From: Centroscyllium fabricii | Lineage: Eukaryota | Length of the DNA: 64,000 nucleotides | NCBI GenBank assembly: GCA_051313645.2 | Contig: JBNRSN020000009.1 | Span: 152,582,001-152,646,000, forward strand | Reading direction: 5' to 3' | Part shown: piece by piece, positions 35,986-48,326 of the stretch | How positions within the stretch are numbered: position 1 is the stretch's first letter | How the letters are laid out: the number at the start of each line of letters is the position of its first letter | Translations under genes and position numbers: made by a program | The notes under the pieces: model-generated | What the model saw: only the letters and a program-made list of their open reading frames with translations | Told to the model about the DNA's origin: nothing | Databases searched by the model: none

Positions 35986-36831
35986 TCTCTACATGACATA
36001 TATGTAAGATCTTGATGATCTCTGAATTCTTGGACAAGACCCCAATATACAGTAACCAGTATGGTTGAGCTATAGATCAAGACTTCTTAAGCTTACAGCA
36101 TAAGTAATACTTATTAGGTGATGGTTTTAACGAGTAGCTCGCAACCCTTGTTCTCTGGAACCTCTTGGACACAGATGATGTCGTCTTAACTCTGTTCCTT
36201 TGTTCTCGCAGTACGTCTGTGTAAAGTTGTTCGAGGTTTTAACCCTTTTAGCAGAAGTTGGTTTGGCCAGTGTCTATCTATGGTCTTTAACAATTACCTT
36301 TTAAAATTGGTTCTAATGATCAAAATCCCATTGTCACTCCGGTTAATGCTAGTAACCTGGTCACTCCTTTTCCAGTACATTTCCACTAACTCTGCCCCGC
36401 TGTCATGTTATCTTGTTTATAGCTTTTCACACCATTGGAATTTACCATATCTCTTTCATTTCATAGCCTCCCTGGTACAAAGCATTTCTCTACCAAGGGC
36501 CCAGATCATTTCAGCACTGTTTCACTAGTTTTGAGGTATCCAGACTATCTCGCTTTAATCTACCGGATAAATACCTTAACTTCCATGATCGCTCTCATGT
36601 TCTGTTCTTATACCAATTATCCTTTAAATATTGTTGCAATTAGTTTTGTTGAGCGAATTCTAAGTTCTATTCAGCATTATAATATTTTTTTTTAGCAATT
36701 CAACCTTCACTCACAGCCTGTGGTTGTTTGTTATCAGAACTTAGTCAAAACTGCTTTTGACCATCCTTTGCAGCTGCATTTTGAACAAGTCTTAGCTTTT
36801 TAGTTACCCAGGAGTAATTATCGGTAATAAT

Positions 36832-37594
36832 GGCCCAGAAATTGCAGTGGAGCCTTCGTGCGGGCGCAGTACCCGCTTAACGCACTTGAACTGCCCATAA
36901 TCAGTTTTGCTTTTTTGCACTCAGAAATTGCAGTTAGCCCAGCCTGTCAGAGCTCCGTGCGAGCTTCATGGGCATCTGAAGGGCGTAATTAGTGCGAGAT
37001 GGCTTTTGAGACCACCTGATTGGCAGGGAGCCAATCAGTGGAACCAATTCTCCGTTCAAAACTTCCAGTGAGAAATCTGTGCAAGTTCTGAAAGGAGAGA
37101 TTGCCCAAAAGACATCTAAACACAAAAATAAAATTTTACAAACACCACATTTTTTTAACATTACCCCAACTAACACAAATAAGCTATTTTAAAGAAAAAG
37201 AAAAATTTACAGAAATTTTTTTCTACTTCCAACAGGTCTAAAAAAAATTACCTGTCTTTAAAGTTATCAACAATTAAAATCCTGAAAAAACAACAATTAA
37301 AATCAATAAAATACATACTTACCAGATAAAAACGGATACTTACGACTGCTTTTTCCCAGCGTAGAATATCCTGGTCTTGGTCCGTAGAAAAAGTTTTTTT
37401 TTAAATCGGAATGACTGGACGCAACCCCTAGTTCGCTGCTTCCTGCGCTGGACCTCGCAGGAACTCCAACCCCCCCTGCTGGCCGGCATAGGAAAACCCG
37501 CAGCAGCGCAACCGGCTGCTTCCTGTGGGTTTAAGCTCTGGTGCATTCGCACCAGAGCTTAAACCCGATATGGGCAGACTGCAATTTCTGGCCC
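36832..37594. mobile_element. PIF/Harbinger-like MITE
   Basis: TIR ggcccagaaattgcagt/actgcaatttctggccc with AAT/ATT flanks; close copy at 48327. Confidence 0.75.
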
Positions 37595-37901
37595 ATTATT
37601 TGGTCAGTGGCTACACTTGAAGTTATACATATATGATTCTCGTCGACTGAATATCTCTGTTTCGTACATGTATGTCTATGTATTTTTAGTTCTAAATCTG
37701 TCTCGCAATATTTCTGTTGTACCCCTTTCTCGTTCTGTCTACGCAAGAATTTGCAGCTAATGAGGATATTAAAGTGAGCAAAGATCGCTACCAATTGTGT
37801 GTTGGCTTTCTTGCTGGTTATTTCAGCAGTATTGTATTTTTTTATGACACAATCTCATCTTGGGGAAGGATGATCAGAATGTTGTTGTTTTCGTTTTGCA
37901 G

Positions 37902-38235
37902 TTCATGGTGCAATTTCACGACAAAATCTATCAGATTCTACGGAACCTCATCCAGCTTTCCCCGGATACCAAACATTGTATCCTTTCCTGGCTGGGAAAC
38001 TGCCTCCATGCCAACTCGGGACGGACGAAAATCTGGGCCAACCAGATGCCCGAGCTCTTCTTCCAAATGTACGCGTCGGACGCCTTCTTCCTGAACCTTG
38101 CTGCTGCTCTGCTTAAACTGTGTCAACCCTTCTGCAAACCAAAGTCTCCCAAGCTGTTGACCTTTAACCCTACTTATTGTACCTTGAAAGAGCTGAATGA
38201 AGAGGAACACAAAAGCAGAAACGTGCATATAAAAG
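37902..38235 (+). CDS. UBE4A: UBE4A coding exon 8
   Basis: tgcag|TTC...AAAG|gtacgg; encodes [16 protein letters not shown]...[22 protein letters not shown]...ASDAFFLNL...NVHIK. Confidence 0.96.
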
Positions 38236-38466
38236 GTACGGGCTGAGTGGTAGATGGGTGGCTTTTAGAATCGCTCAACCATTGGCGGCCGTGCCTTCTG
38301 CTGCCGAGGCCCCAAGCTCTGGAATTCCCTCCCTAAACCTCTCCGCCTCTCTACCTCTTTCCTCCTTTAAGACGCTCCTTAAAACCTGCCTCATTGACCA
38401 AGCTTTTGGTCGCCTGCCCTAATTTCTCTTTGTGGATCGGTGTCAAACATTTTGTCGTATAATAAT

Positions 38467-39269
38467 GGGCCAGAATTTCGGGTTTGCCGGTTGGTGGGGA
38501 ACTAGGACCCTGCGGATCCCTAACGAACCGCACCAACATCGCACTTTTTTTACTCCCAGCATTTCGGCTCGGCTCCGCCCCCTTCCTGCGCAACGTGGCA
38601 GTCCAGCCACGCTAGGAGCGCAGTGTATGCCCCGCCCACAGATCCCCAATTTAAATTTAAAAACGCCCACAGATCCCGAGTCGGACCTTTGAGAGCAAGG
38701 ACGTGAGGCACTGCACTCTCAGACTCGGCAGTGAGCAGCGCGGCCAGACCAGCTTTTGACTGAAGGTAAGTCAGCGATTTTTTCTTCGTTTTTTAACTTC
38801 ACTAAATTAGTTAAAAATTTCAGAACTCTAAATTTAAAAATTAGCGATTTGGAATAGGTATAGCAATTCAAAATCGGATTTGTAATTTTTTTTTAACAAC
38901 TTTAACATCCAAATTTATTGATACCGATCTGGCCACATTACTCCCCAAAACTATTAAAACTTAAAATTAAAGGTCAAAAAATAACTTACCTTGTTTAAAA
39001 ACGCATTTTACTCCATCACGCACGAGGTACAACTGGTTTTCTCCCGTGCAGCTTGTGGGCCCGTTGCCCACAGAATCACTGACCAAAAATCACCCTTTTG
39101 GAGCCCAAATTCTGGGTGCAACTCACTCCTGCGTTTGATGCTGAGGGCCCTTCTCCCTCAGCATCGGAAATCTCGGATCCATGGGCATCTCCCGTGCGTT
39201 CATCGCACGGGGCATTTTGGACCCGTTCGTGCGTGGGCATCTGGTTTGAGGCACCCGAAATTCTGGCCC
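38467..39269. mobile_element. PIF/Harbinger-like MITE inserted in an L2 3' tail
   Basis: TIR gggccagaatttcgggt/acccgaaattctggccc, 3-bp TSD AAT; L2 tail halves at ~38255-38460 and 39270-39330. Confidence 0.75.
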
Positions 39270-39349
39270 AATACTCCTGTGAAGCACCTTGGGATGTTTT
39301 ACTATGTTAAAGGCGCTATATAAATTTAGGTGGTTGTCGTTTTTGCTTA

Positions 39350-39970
39350 TAAAAACACACACTGCTGGACACACACTGCTGGAAATATTCAGCCAGTCAG
39401 GCAGCATCTGTGGAGGGAGAAAGAGTTAATGTTTCAGCTCGATGACCTTTCATCAGAACTGGAAAAGGCTGGAGATGTGACCGGTTTTGAGTAAGGGCAG
39501 GGGAAGGAGGGATGGGCGGAAAGAGCAAAAGGGGAGGTCTGCGATGGTGGAAGGCAGGAGAGATTGAATGACCAAAGGGATGATGGTATGGTGCGAGGCG
39601 AAAGGGGGAGGTGATGGGACAGGTACAGAAACAAAAGAGGTGTAAATGGGAATGGCAGAAGCATCAACAGCTGTTGTCCGAAAAAATGGGGCCGAGGTTC
39701 TGATCTGAAATTATTGAACTCCGTGTTGAGTCCGGAAGGCTGTAAAGTGCCTGATCGAAAGCTGAGATGCTGTTCCTCGAGCTTACGCTGAGCTTCACTG
39801 GAACAATGTTGGAGGCAGGGGACAGAGAGGTCAGAGTGGGAGTGGCATGAAGAATTAAAGTAGCAGGCGACCGGAAGCTCAGGGTTTCCACAGATGCTGT
39901 CTGACCTGAGTATTTCAGCATTTTCTACTTTTTATTTCAGATTTCCAGCATCCGCAATATTTTGCTTTTA
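39350..39970 (-). mobile_element. Penelope-like element family 2, 3' end with short inverted piece
   Basis: On -: degenerate GIY-YIG end PVACYFNS..HSHSDL...RKLEEQHL.FR.GTLQPSGLNTEFNNF; pLTR; inverted cacagatgctg...ccagcatccgca at 39888-39970. Confidence 0.8.
39424..39460 (-). ncRNA. Minimal hammerhead ribozyme motif (Penelope family 2)
   Basis: Reverse complement AGUU-CUGAUGA-aAGGUC auc GAGCU-GAAA-CA-UU-AACU. Confidence 0.65.
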
Positions 39971-39996
39971 GTTGTCTAGTGGTATTTCATAAGCCA

Positions 39997-42396
39997 TAGA
40001 AACATAGAAGATAGGAGCAGGAGTCGGCCATTCGGCCCCTCGAGCCTGCTCCGCCATTCAATGAGATCATGGCTGATCATCCAAACTCAGTACCCTGTCC
40101 CTGCCTTCTCCCCATATCCCTTGATCCCTCTAACCTTAAGAAATACATCCAGCTCCTTCTTGAATATATTTAATGAACTGGCCTCCACTGCCCTCTGTGG
40201 CAGAGAATTCCACAGGTTCACCACTCTGGGTGAAGAAATTCCTCCTCATCTCTGTCCTAAATGAGTTACCCCTTATCCTTAGACTATGACACCTGGTTCT
40301 GGACTCTCCGATCATCGGGAACATTCTTCCTGCATCAAGTTTGACCAGACCAGAAGACGTAGGAGGTCTTTCGGTCCCTCGAGCCTGCTCCGCCACTCAA
40401 ATAAGATCATGGCTGATCTGATCTTGGCCTCAACTCCACTTTCCTGCCCGCTCCCCATAACCCTCGACTCTCTTATTGTTCAAAAATCTGTCTATCTCCC
40501 CTTAAATATATTCAATGACTGAGCCTCCACAGCTCTCTGGGGCAGAGAATTCCAAAGATTCACGACCCTCTGAGAGAAGAAATTCATCCTCATCTCTGAT
40601 TAAGGGGTACCCCCTTAATTATGCCCCCTAGTTCTAGATTCCCCCACAAGGGGAAACATCCTCTCTGCATCTACCCTGTCGAGCCCCTTCACAACCTTCT
40701 ATGTTTCAATAAGATCCCCTCTCATTCTTCTAAACTCCAATGAGTAGAGGCCCAACCTGCTCAACCATTCTTCATAAGACAATCCCTTCATCCCAGGAAC
40801 CAACCTCGTGAACCTTCTCTGAACTGCCTCCAATGCAAGTATCTTAAACAAGGAGACCAAAACTGTACGCAATACTCCAGGTGTGGTCTCCCCAATGCCC
40901 TGTACAGTTGTAACAGGACTTCACTTTTATACTCCATTCCCTTTGCAATAAAGGCCAACACTCCATTTGCCTTCCTAAGTACTTACTGTACCTGCACGCT
41001 AGCTTTTTGTGATTCATGTACAAGAACCCCCAGATCCCTCTGTACCTCAGCATTTTGTAATCTCTCCCCATTTAAATAATTTGTTTTTCCTACCAAAGTG
41101 AATAACCTTGCATTTTCCCATGTTAAACTCCATCTGCCAGATTTTTGCTCAATCACTTTGCCTATCTATATCCTTTTGGAGATTCTTTGTGTCCTCCACA
41201 CAATTTGCTTTCCCACCTATCTTTGTATCATCAGCAAATTTGAGTACAGTACACTCAGTTCCTTTTTCCAAGTCATTAATATAGATTGTAAATAGTTGAG
41301 GCCCCAGCACTGACCCCACTAGTTACAGTTTGCTAACCTGAAAATGACCCATTTATCCCGACTCACTCTTTTCTGTTAGTTAGCCAATCTTCTATTCATG
41401 CTAATAGATTACCCCCAACCCCGTGAGCACTTACCTTGTGCAGTAACCTTTTATGTGGTACCTTATCGAATGTCTTCTGGTAATTCAAATACACGACGTC
41501 TACTGGTTCCCCTTTATCCACCCTTCAATTCAATTCAATTTATTGTCATTGTAAAGTGAACATACACAGTACAACGAAATGCAAACATGCAATCTCCCAA
41601 GAAACAATACAGATATTAAAAAGTGTCCTCTCCTGTATGTCCCAGTCTGGTCCATAACGGCCCCCGCGCTCCGGCCACGCCGGCCCTGATGCCCAGGCTA
41701 TGCAGGCCCCGATGCCCCCGGCCCCGACGCTCAGGTCACAACGGCCCCGATGCTCCCAGCCCTGTTGCTCCGGCCACGACGGTCCCGACATGCAGGCACC
41801 GATGCTCCTGGTGCCCGGCCCCGACGCTCAGCCCATGCAGGCCCCGATGGTCCCGGCGCCCGGCCCCGACGCTCCAGCCCCGATGCTCCGGCCACGACGG
41901 CCTCGATGTTACCGGCACCCGGCCATGCTGAGGCACCGATGCTTTGTGCACAATGTCTACGGTGCGTCAACCCCGGTGCTCCGATCAAAAGATCACAAAG
42001 ATCCCGGTGCTCTACCCTGCTGTCCACTTCAGAACCAGTACGGGGACCAGCGGACATCATCATCTTGGGAGACGCAAAGCCGCTGCGTCTATGCGCGCCG
42101 CTATCTTGCATCTTACCCTGCTCGTTACATCCCCCAAGACCTCCAGCAAATTTGTCAAACATGATTTTCCTTTCATAAAACCATGCTGACTCTGCTTGAC
42201 GATATTATGACTTTCTAAATGTCCTGCTACCACTTCCTTAATGATGCACTCCAGTATTTTCCCAATGACCTGTTCGGCTAACTGGTCGATAGTTTCCTGC
42301 TTTCTGTCTCCCTCCTTTCTTAAATGGGGGCGTTACATTTGCGGTTTTCCAGTCTGCTGGGACCTCTCCAGAATCCAGGCAATTTTGTTAGATTAC
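39997..42396 (-). mobile_element. Two adjacent CR1 fragments (39997-40349 and 40350-42396)
   Basis: Two CR1 tails and degraded RT motifs. Confidence 0.85.
41525..42114 (-). mobile_element. Non-autonomous Rex/Babar-like retroelement nested in CR1
   Basis: On -: 5' caagatagcggcgcg..., GC-rich imperfect repeats, 3' AATAAA followed by (AATTG)n; accc duplicated at the junctions. Confidence 0.65.
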
Positions 42397-42771
42397 TTAG
42401 CCTAAGATTCGGGGCTGGGGGTTACACTTGATGCCACACGCCATTTCTTTTGTTGTTAAAATATCTCTGGCTGTCTCTGTTGAAATCAACAGGACTGTGT
42501 ACTTGCAACACAGAGAGCATGGAACAGAAAGCTAGACCCAGCACTGGTTCAGGAGTTCCCTGGTGGGACTGTTCTGCCCCACCTGTCACTCCTAGATCGC
42601 AGCGTGCTCTTCTCCAGTGGCATGAGTGAATGTTGAGTAAAAATGAAGCCCTATATTTTAGTGGCTTTCAGATTTTCCCATTTTTGCGGAAGTCTCTTCA
42701 AATGTTGGCAAACTCCCACGGACTCCCTGCCAAAATTGGCACAGTCCTGAGACCCTCCAGTGTTCACATCT

Positions 42772-43156
42772 GGGCGGCACGGTGGCACAGTGGTTAGCAC
42801 TGTTGTCTCACAGCACTGGAGACCCGGGTTCAAATCCAGCCTCGGGTACTATCTGTGTGGAGTTTGCACATTCTCCCCGTGTCTGCGTGGGTTTCCTCCG
42901 GGTGCTCCGGTTTCCTCCCACAGTCCAAAGATGTGCGGGTTAGGTTGATTGGCCAGGATAAATTGACCCTTAGTGTTAGGGGGTTTGAATATGTGGGTTG
43001 CGGGGATAGGGTGTCGATGCAGGCTCGATAGGGATCGAGGGATATGGGGGGAGGGCAGGGGCGGGGTCCTGGGTTTGGATGATCAGCCATGATCTCATTA
43101 AATGGCGGAGCGGGCTCGAATGGCCGAATGGCCTACTCCTGCTCCTAGTTTCTATG
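42772..43156 (+). mobile_element. HE1-like V-SINE
   Basis: Full head, V-domain and tail. Confidence 0.9.
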
Positions 43157-43741
43157 TGCCGGCGACGCAAAGGAAAGCGGTGCCATCATTGCAGGAAACT
43201 TTTTAGAATATTTGTGTAGAGCAACAAAAATGAGGTGGGTTGTAGTTAAACACATATTTTAAAAAAAATACAGGATTCTGATCATAAATGGACAGTAATC
43301 TAGATGACCTTGTAGACTCCTGAGCATCCTGGCACCTGATTGGACAACGCGCTGCAAAGTATCACTGCTATTGCCATGTCTTATTTATTATTTAGGTGCC
43401 TCAGTAAGCTTTAACTGAAGCTACAATAAACACTGATGTGCACATTACGGTTGAATTTCAAGCTGTAAAAAGTGAGCTGTTCGGCACTTCCCATGAGAAT
43501 CAAGGTCTGAGCATCTGCTTGATCTTTGGTTGTGGTTGTTGTCTTTGGGTGTAATGATCGTTAATGCTGTGAAATTCTGTGACAAATATTTCCGGTGTTT
43601 CTCCTTTACTGCGGGTATTTTTGCGTGACTGCGCACTATGACTGTAGCATTGGTGATGGGCATGCCTGGATCAGCTTTACACCCATGTTGCAGTTACTGT
43701 GTTAGATCAGCCATGATCTCATTGAATGGTGGAACAGGCTC

Positions 43742-44238
43742 GAGGGGCTGAATGGCCTCCTCCTGCTCCTATGAGGGGCTGAATGGCCTACTCCTGCTCC
43801 TATGAGGGGCTGAATGGCCGCCTCCTCCTGTGAGGGGCTGAATGGTCTACTCCTGCTCCTGTGAGGGGCTGAATGGCCTACTCCTGCTCCTGTGAGGGGC
43901 TGAATGGCCTACTCCTGCTCCTGTGAGGGGCTGAATGGCCTACTCCTGCTCCTGTGAGGGGCTGAATGGCCTACTCCTCCTGTGAGGGGCTGAATGGCCT
44001 ACTCCTACTCCTGTGAGGGGCTGAATGGCCTTTTCCTCCTATGAGGGGCTGAATGGTCTACTCCTGTGAGGGGCTTAATGGCCTTCTCCTCCTATGAGGG
44101 GCTGAATGGCCTACTCCTGCTCCTGTGAGGGGCTGAGTGGCCGACTCCTGCTCCTGTGAGGGGCTGAATGGTGGTCTCCTGCTCCTGCGAGGGGCTGAAT
44201 GGCCTACTCCTCCTATGAGGGGCTGAATGGCCTACTTA
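43742..44238 (+). repeat. Minisatellite derived from the CR1/HE1 3' tail (~17 units of 25-31 bp)
   Basis: Unit gaggggctgaatggcctactcctgctcctgt, directly continuing a CR1 tail that starts at ~43702. Confidence 0.92.
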
Positions 44239-44824
44239 TGTTCCTAAATGCAACCTAAATCTGTCATAACGGTTTGCACCTACACCAGAACCAAGCTGAA
44301 TGAGACTCTCTTGCGGAGATCATCTTGCTTTGTTTCACTTGAAAGTCGATTTGGACACCCGATTCACACGCTAGTTTAGCAAAGGTGCAAAGCCATTTTA
44401 GCTTCTCGCAGGAACTAAAATCGTGGAGTGCAAATTCACCCATTGACGTAGAGTTTGATTAAACTTGCAATAAGGGTAGTCCCAGATTCTTACTGGCTCC
44501 TGACCATTATTTCACACTCTGCTGGGGGTAACCAATGCGCGACAGGTTAGTAGAGGGTCTCAGCTGTAGGTAGTTCCAACATGGAGATCTAATTGTGTCC
44601 TTCACTAGTTCCTGTTAAAGAATGTCCTGAGCAAGCTGGGCCCATGCCTGAGTATTTATACTCTCCCTGGACAGCGTCACCAGCAGGCTGCCCAGTATTA
44701 TTTCATGTCAATCAGCTTGGTCCAGTCACTCGCTTCTGAGTCTGAAGATTGTGGGTTCAAGCGTCACTCCAGCTCTGTGTCCTGGCCAGTATTCTTCCCT
44801 CAACCAAGATCACCAAAACACATT

Positions 44825-45458
44825 ATAGAAACATAGAAGATAGGAGCAGGAGTAGGCCATTCGGCCCCTCGAGCCTGCTCTGCCATTCAATGAGATCATG
44901 GCTGATCATCCAAATTCAGTACCCTGTCCCTGCCTTCCCCCTTGATCCCTTTAGCCTTAAGAAATATATCTAACTTCTTCTTGAATATATTTAATGAATT
45001 GGCCTCTACTGCCTTCTGTGGTAGAGAATTCCACAGGTTCACCACTCTGGGTGAAGAAATTCCTCCTCCTCTCTGTCCTAAATGGCTTACTCCTTATCTT
45101 TAAATGTAAGAAGTCACACAACACCAGGTTATAGTCCAACAGTTTTATTTGAAATCACAAGCTTTCGGCGCGTTGCTCCTTCATCACCAGAAAGCTTGTG
45201 ATTTCAAATAAAACTGTTGGACTATAACCTGGTGTTGTGTGATTTCTTACATTTGTCCACCCCAGTCCAACACCGGCACCTCCACATCATGGCCCTTATC
45301 TTTAGACTGACCCCTGGTTCTGGACTCCCCTGCCATCGGGAACATCCTTCCTGCATCTCGTCTGCCTCGTCCTGTTAGAATTTTATAAGTTTCAATGAGA
45401 TCCCCTCTCATTCTTCTAAACTCCAGTGAGTACAAGCCCAATCAACCCAATCTCTCCT
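44825..45458 (-). mobile_element. CR1 3' fragment
   Basis: [21 protein letters not shown] and tail; interrupted by the 45103 element. Confidence 0.88.
45103..45293. mobile_element. Mini Penelope hairpin element
   Basis: Two inverted pLTR ends plus an extension; 11-bp TSD ccttatcttta. Confidence 0.85.
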
Positions 45459-45973
45459 CGAGGCAGCGATCGAGTGGGGGGAGCAGTGGTAGGTAGCGGC
45501 CTGTGGTTTTAACGTGATGCCTGCTATTCTGGCTCTACATTCAGATAAGTAACAGGATCTGTTCAGGCCCAACCCAGTTAGGTAAAGTGCGAATCAAAGA
45601 GGCGTTAGGCCCCCTATTTGCACATGTATAGGGCCTAACAACTTTGTTTCAGGCGTGGGCCCTGGACACCTCTGTTGATGCCTATACCAATATGGCAGGC
45701 AGCACGTTACTGGCTCAGAACGTGCGCACGCGCATCGCCTGTCATATTGGCTTCGGCGCCCATTTTAATGCTTGTAAAACGGGCGCAGCCTCATTCAATT
45801 TCTAGGCCATGATAACCAGCAGAGCCATTGGGTAAATTCTTAATGCTTCAATTTTGGATGGCCGTTCTGTACCTCCAAAAGGTTACATTTAATATCTTAC
45901 AATTTTTTAAAAGAGGAAAATCTCTTTTTTTTGCGTTTCTTTTTCTGAAGGTTCTTTTGTTTCTTTGCCTTAG

Positions 45974-46100
45974 GTTTGGACAAGGAGACCTGCTTGATCC
46001 CAATGCCACAGGGATTGGAGCCAACGTTTGCTGAAACGTACAACCTGGTCACGGAGAATTTGATCCTGACTCAGTTCGCCTTGCACTTGGGTTTTCACAG
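45974..46100 (+). CDS. UBE4A: UBE4A coding exon 9
   Basis: cttag|GT...CACAG|gtactg; encodes [43 protein letters not shown]. Confidence 0.95.
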
Positions 46101-46197
46101 GTACTGAGAGCGCGCGTAGGACTGTACAGCAAGAAATTGCAGAGCAGAAAGCGCATTGTAAATGAAACTGGGTCGTGTCGTCGACTCTTTTCTCCCC

Positions 46198-46229
<32 letters not shown>

Positions 46230-46957
46230 TCCACCGAAAGGGAAGTTTGGCCACTCTCTGAAAAGGTAATGAAACATAGTCCTCGGGGTGAAGAGGGTGG
46301 CAAACTGTTGGACACGGACATTCGACTGGCTAAGCTAACGGAGCAGGGGTCAACAAAACTTTGTAGTTTGTTTTTTTAGTCCGGAACATGCGAGCTAATG
46401 CGGCCACAAAGGACGGCGGCAGTGTTGTATATTCGGGGATACGGCACTTTCAGATGTGCAGTAAGCAACTCTCCGTCATGTTCAGAGTGATGGTATACAG
46501 TATGGTAGATCTGGATACTCGCTCTGTAGAGTGGGGACATGTGCCTTGCCGTGACTGAAGCCTGGGACATGGGAGACTGCTCTCCCAGCGATCCATTGGT
46601 TATCTCCCAAGGGAAGCCTCTTTGGGAGAAGGAGATAAGTGGAAGAGATTTTTTTTTAAGGTGTAGAATGGTGAGAGACCATGAACCCTCATTGGCTGAG
46701 GGCTGATAATTGTCAAAGTGGAGAGCTTCCTCAGTCATTCCCCTGATTCAGTTTTTTATCTTCATTTTTCTTCCCTTCCCGATGTTTTAAAATTGTGGAA
46801 AATCTCTTTCCACATCTTTTAAATGGACATTGATGTTTGAATGAACTTCCATATTTGGGAAGTTTGAATAACCCGCTGATGCAAGTTCCCCTTGCAAAAC
46901 TGTTCAATTTCAAGCATTGGAAAAATAGCCTTGCCTTCTCAAGCTGGCCTGCCAATA

Positions 46958-47237
46958 CAGGTTGAGCACCGTTAATCTGGCACGGTCGGGACCAGGCCCG
47001 TGCCGGAAAAGTGAAAACTCCGAACGATTGAAGCTTCGGCGAGCGCATGAGCAGACCATTCAAAATGGCCACCGTGAAAGGCCGGCGGCCATTTTGAATG
47101 GTCTGCGCATGCGCTCATTGTTCGGGAAGGCCCGGGCATGTGCAGCCAAGCGCGGCAGCCATTTTGCGCATGCGCAGATCAGTCGGCCGGATTCGTTCCG
47201 GACGACTGAAGTTGCCGGATTAACGGTGCTCAGCCTG
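46958..47237. mobile_element. Tigger-like MITE
   Basis: TIR caggttgagcaccgttaatc/gattaacggtgctcagcctg, TA TSD. Confidence 0.85.
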
Positions 47238-47385
47238 TACAGGGTCTTTCTCAACAGCCTACTTTTGCGGAGCGCCTTGGTGGGGGGGGTCTCTCTGTCG
47301 ATGCTTTATCTCTCTGGGGTCTCTTTATCGTCTCCCCATCGCTGCAGGGTCAGTCTCGATGCTACAGCTGTGTTTACTTTTACAG

Positions 47386-47693
47386 GTTACACGATCAAAT
47401 GATAAAGATGAACCAGAGTTTGCACCGGCTGCAGGTTGCCTGGAGGGAGGCGCAGCAGTCCGCCAGCCCAGCTGCAGACAACCTGCGTGAGCAATTCGAG
47501 CGCCTGATGACGGTTTATTTATCGACCAAAGCAGCTGCCACAGAGCCGCAGATGCTCCAGAACTGTATGAACTTGCAGATCTCCACCACAACAATACTAG
47601 TGCAGTTTGCTCTAGGCAATCGAGGAACAGACTACATGGAGTTGACCTTCCCTCTTCAGGACGTGGAGTACTGCATGCTTTCTCATGTCCCAG
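47386..47693 (+). CDS. UBE4A: UBE4A coding exon 10
   Basis: tacag|G...CCAG|gtatat; encodes [25 protein letters not shown]...LSHVP. Confidence 0.96.
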
Positions 47694-48326
47694 GTATATG
47701 GCATGCCTCAATGGAGGTTTGGGCACCTTGCAGATGGTGGCTGTGGGTGCTGGGTCAGTTGAAATTTTCAAGACTGATTGCTAGATAGAGGGATATGGAA
47801 CCAGAGTGAGTAAATGGAGTTGAGGTAGCAATCAGCCATGATCTAGTTGAATGGTGGAAGAGGCTCAATGGGCTGCTCCTGTTCCTATGATGTACAGGGT
47901 GTGTGCGTCTTTGGACACTACAATACAGTGCAAATAATTGTGGTTTTGTTAACTACAGTATCTAGATAGTGTGGACAGGAAGGACCTATTTACCTTGGAG
48001 ATCAATAACTGGTGGGGGGGGGGGGGGGGTATAGGGGGCATAGATTTAAAGTAATTGGTAGAAGGATTAGAGAAGAGTTGAGAACTTTTTTAACCTAGAG
48101 GGCAGTAGGGGGTCTGGAACTCACTGCTTGAAAGGGTGGTAGAGGCAGAAACCCTCATTGCATTTTAAAAAGTACTTGGATATGCAGTTGGTCCATAGCC
48201 CTGCAGGTTACGGCACTTCCAAGAGCAGGAAAGTGGGATTAGGCTGGATAGCTCTTTTTCGGCCGGTGCAGACACGATGGGCCGAATGGCCTCCTGTGCT
48301 GAAAATTTCTCTGACCGTGAATTAAT

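Noticed and set aside
41623-42189. Pro/Ala-rich overlapping ORFs
   Set aside because: Arise from GC-rich imperfect repeats inside a non-autonomous retroelement.
43742-44238. CRISPR-like regularly spaced repeats
   Set aside because: Units are directly tandem with no unique spacers, derive from a LINE tail, and lie in a vertebrate gene with no cas genes.
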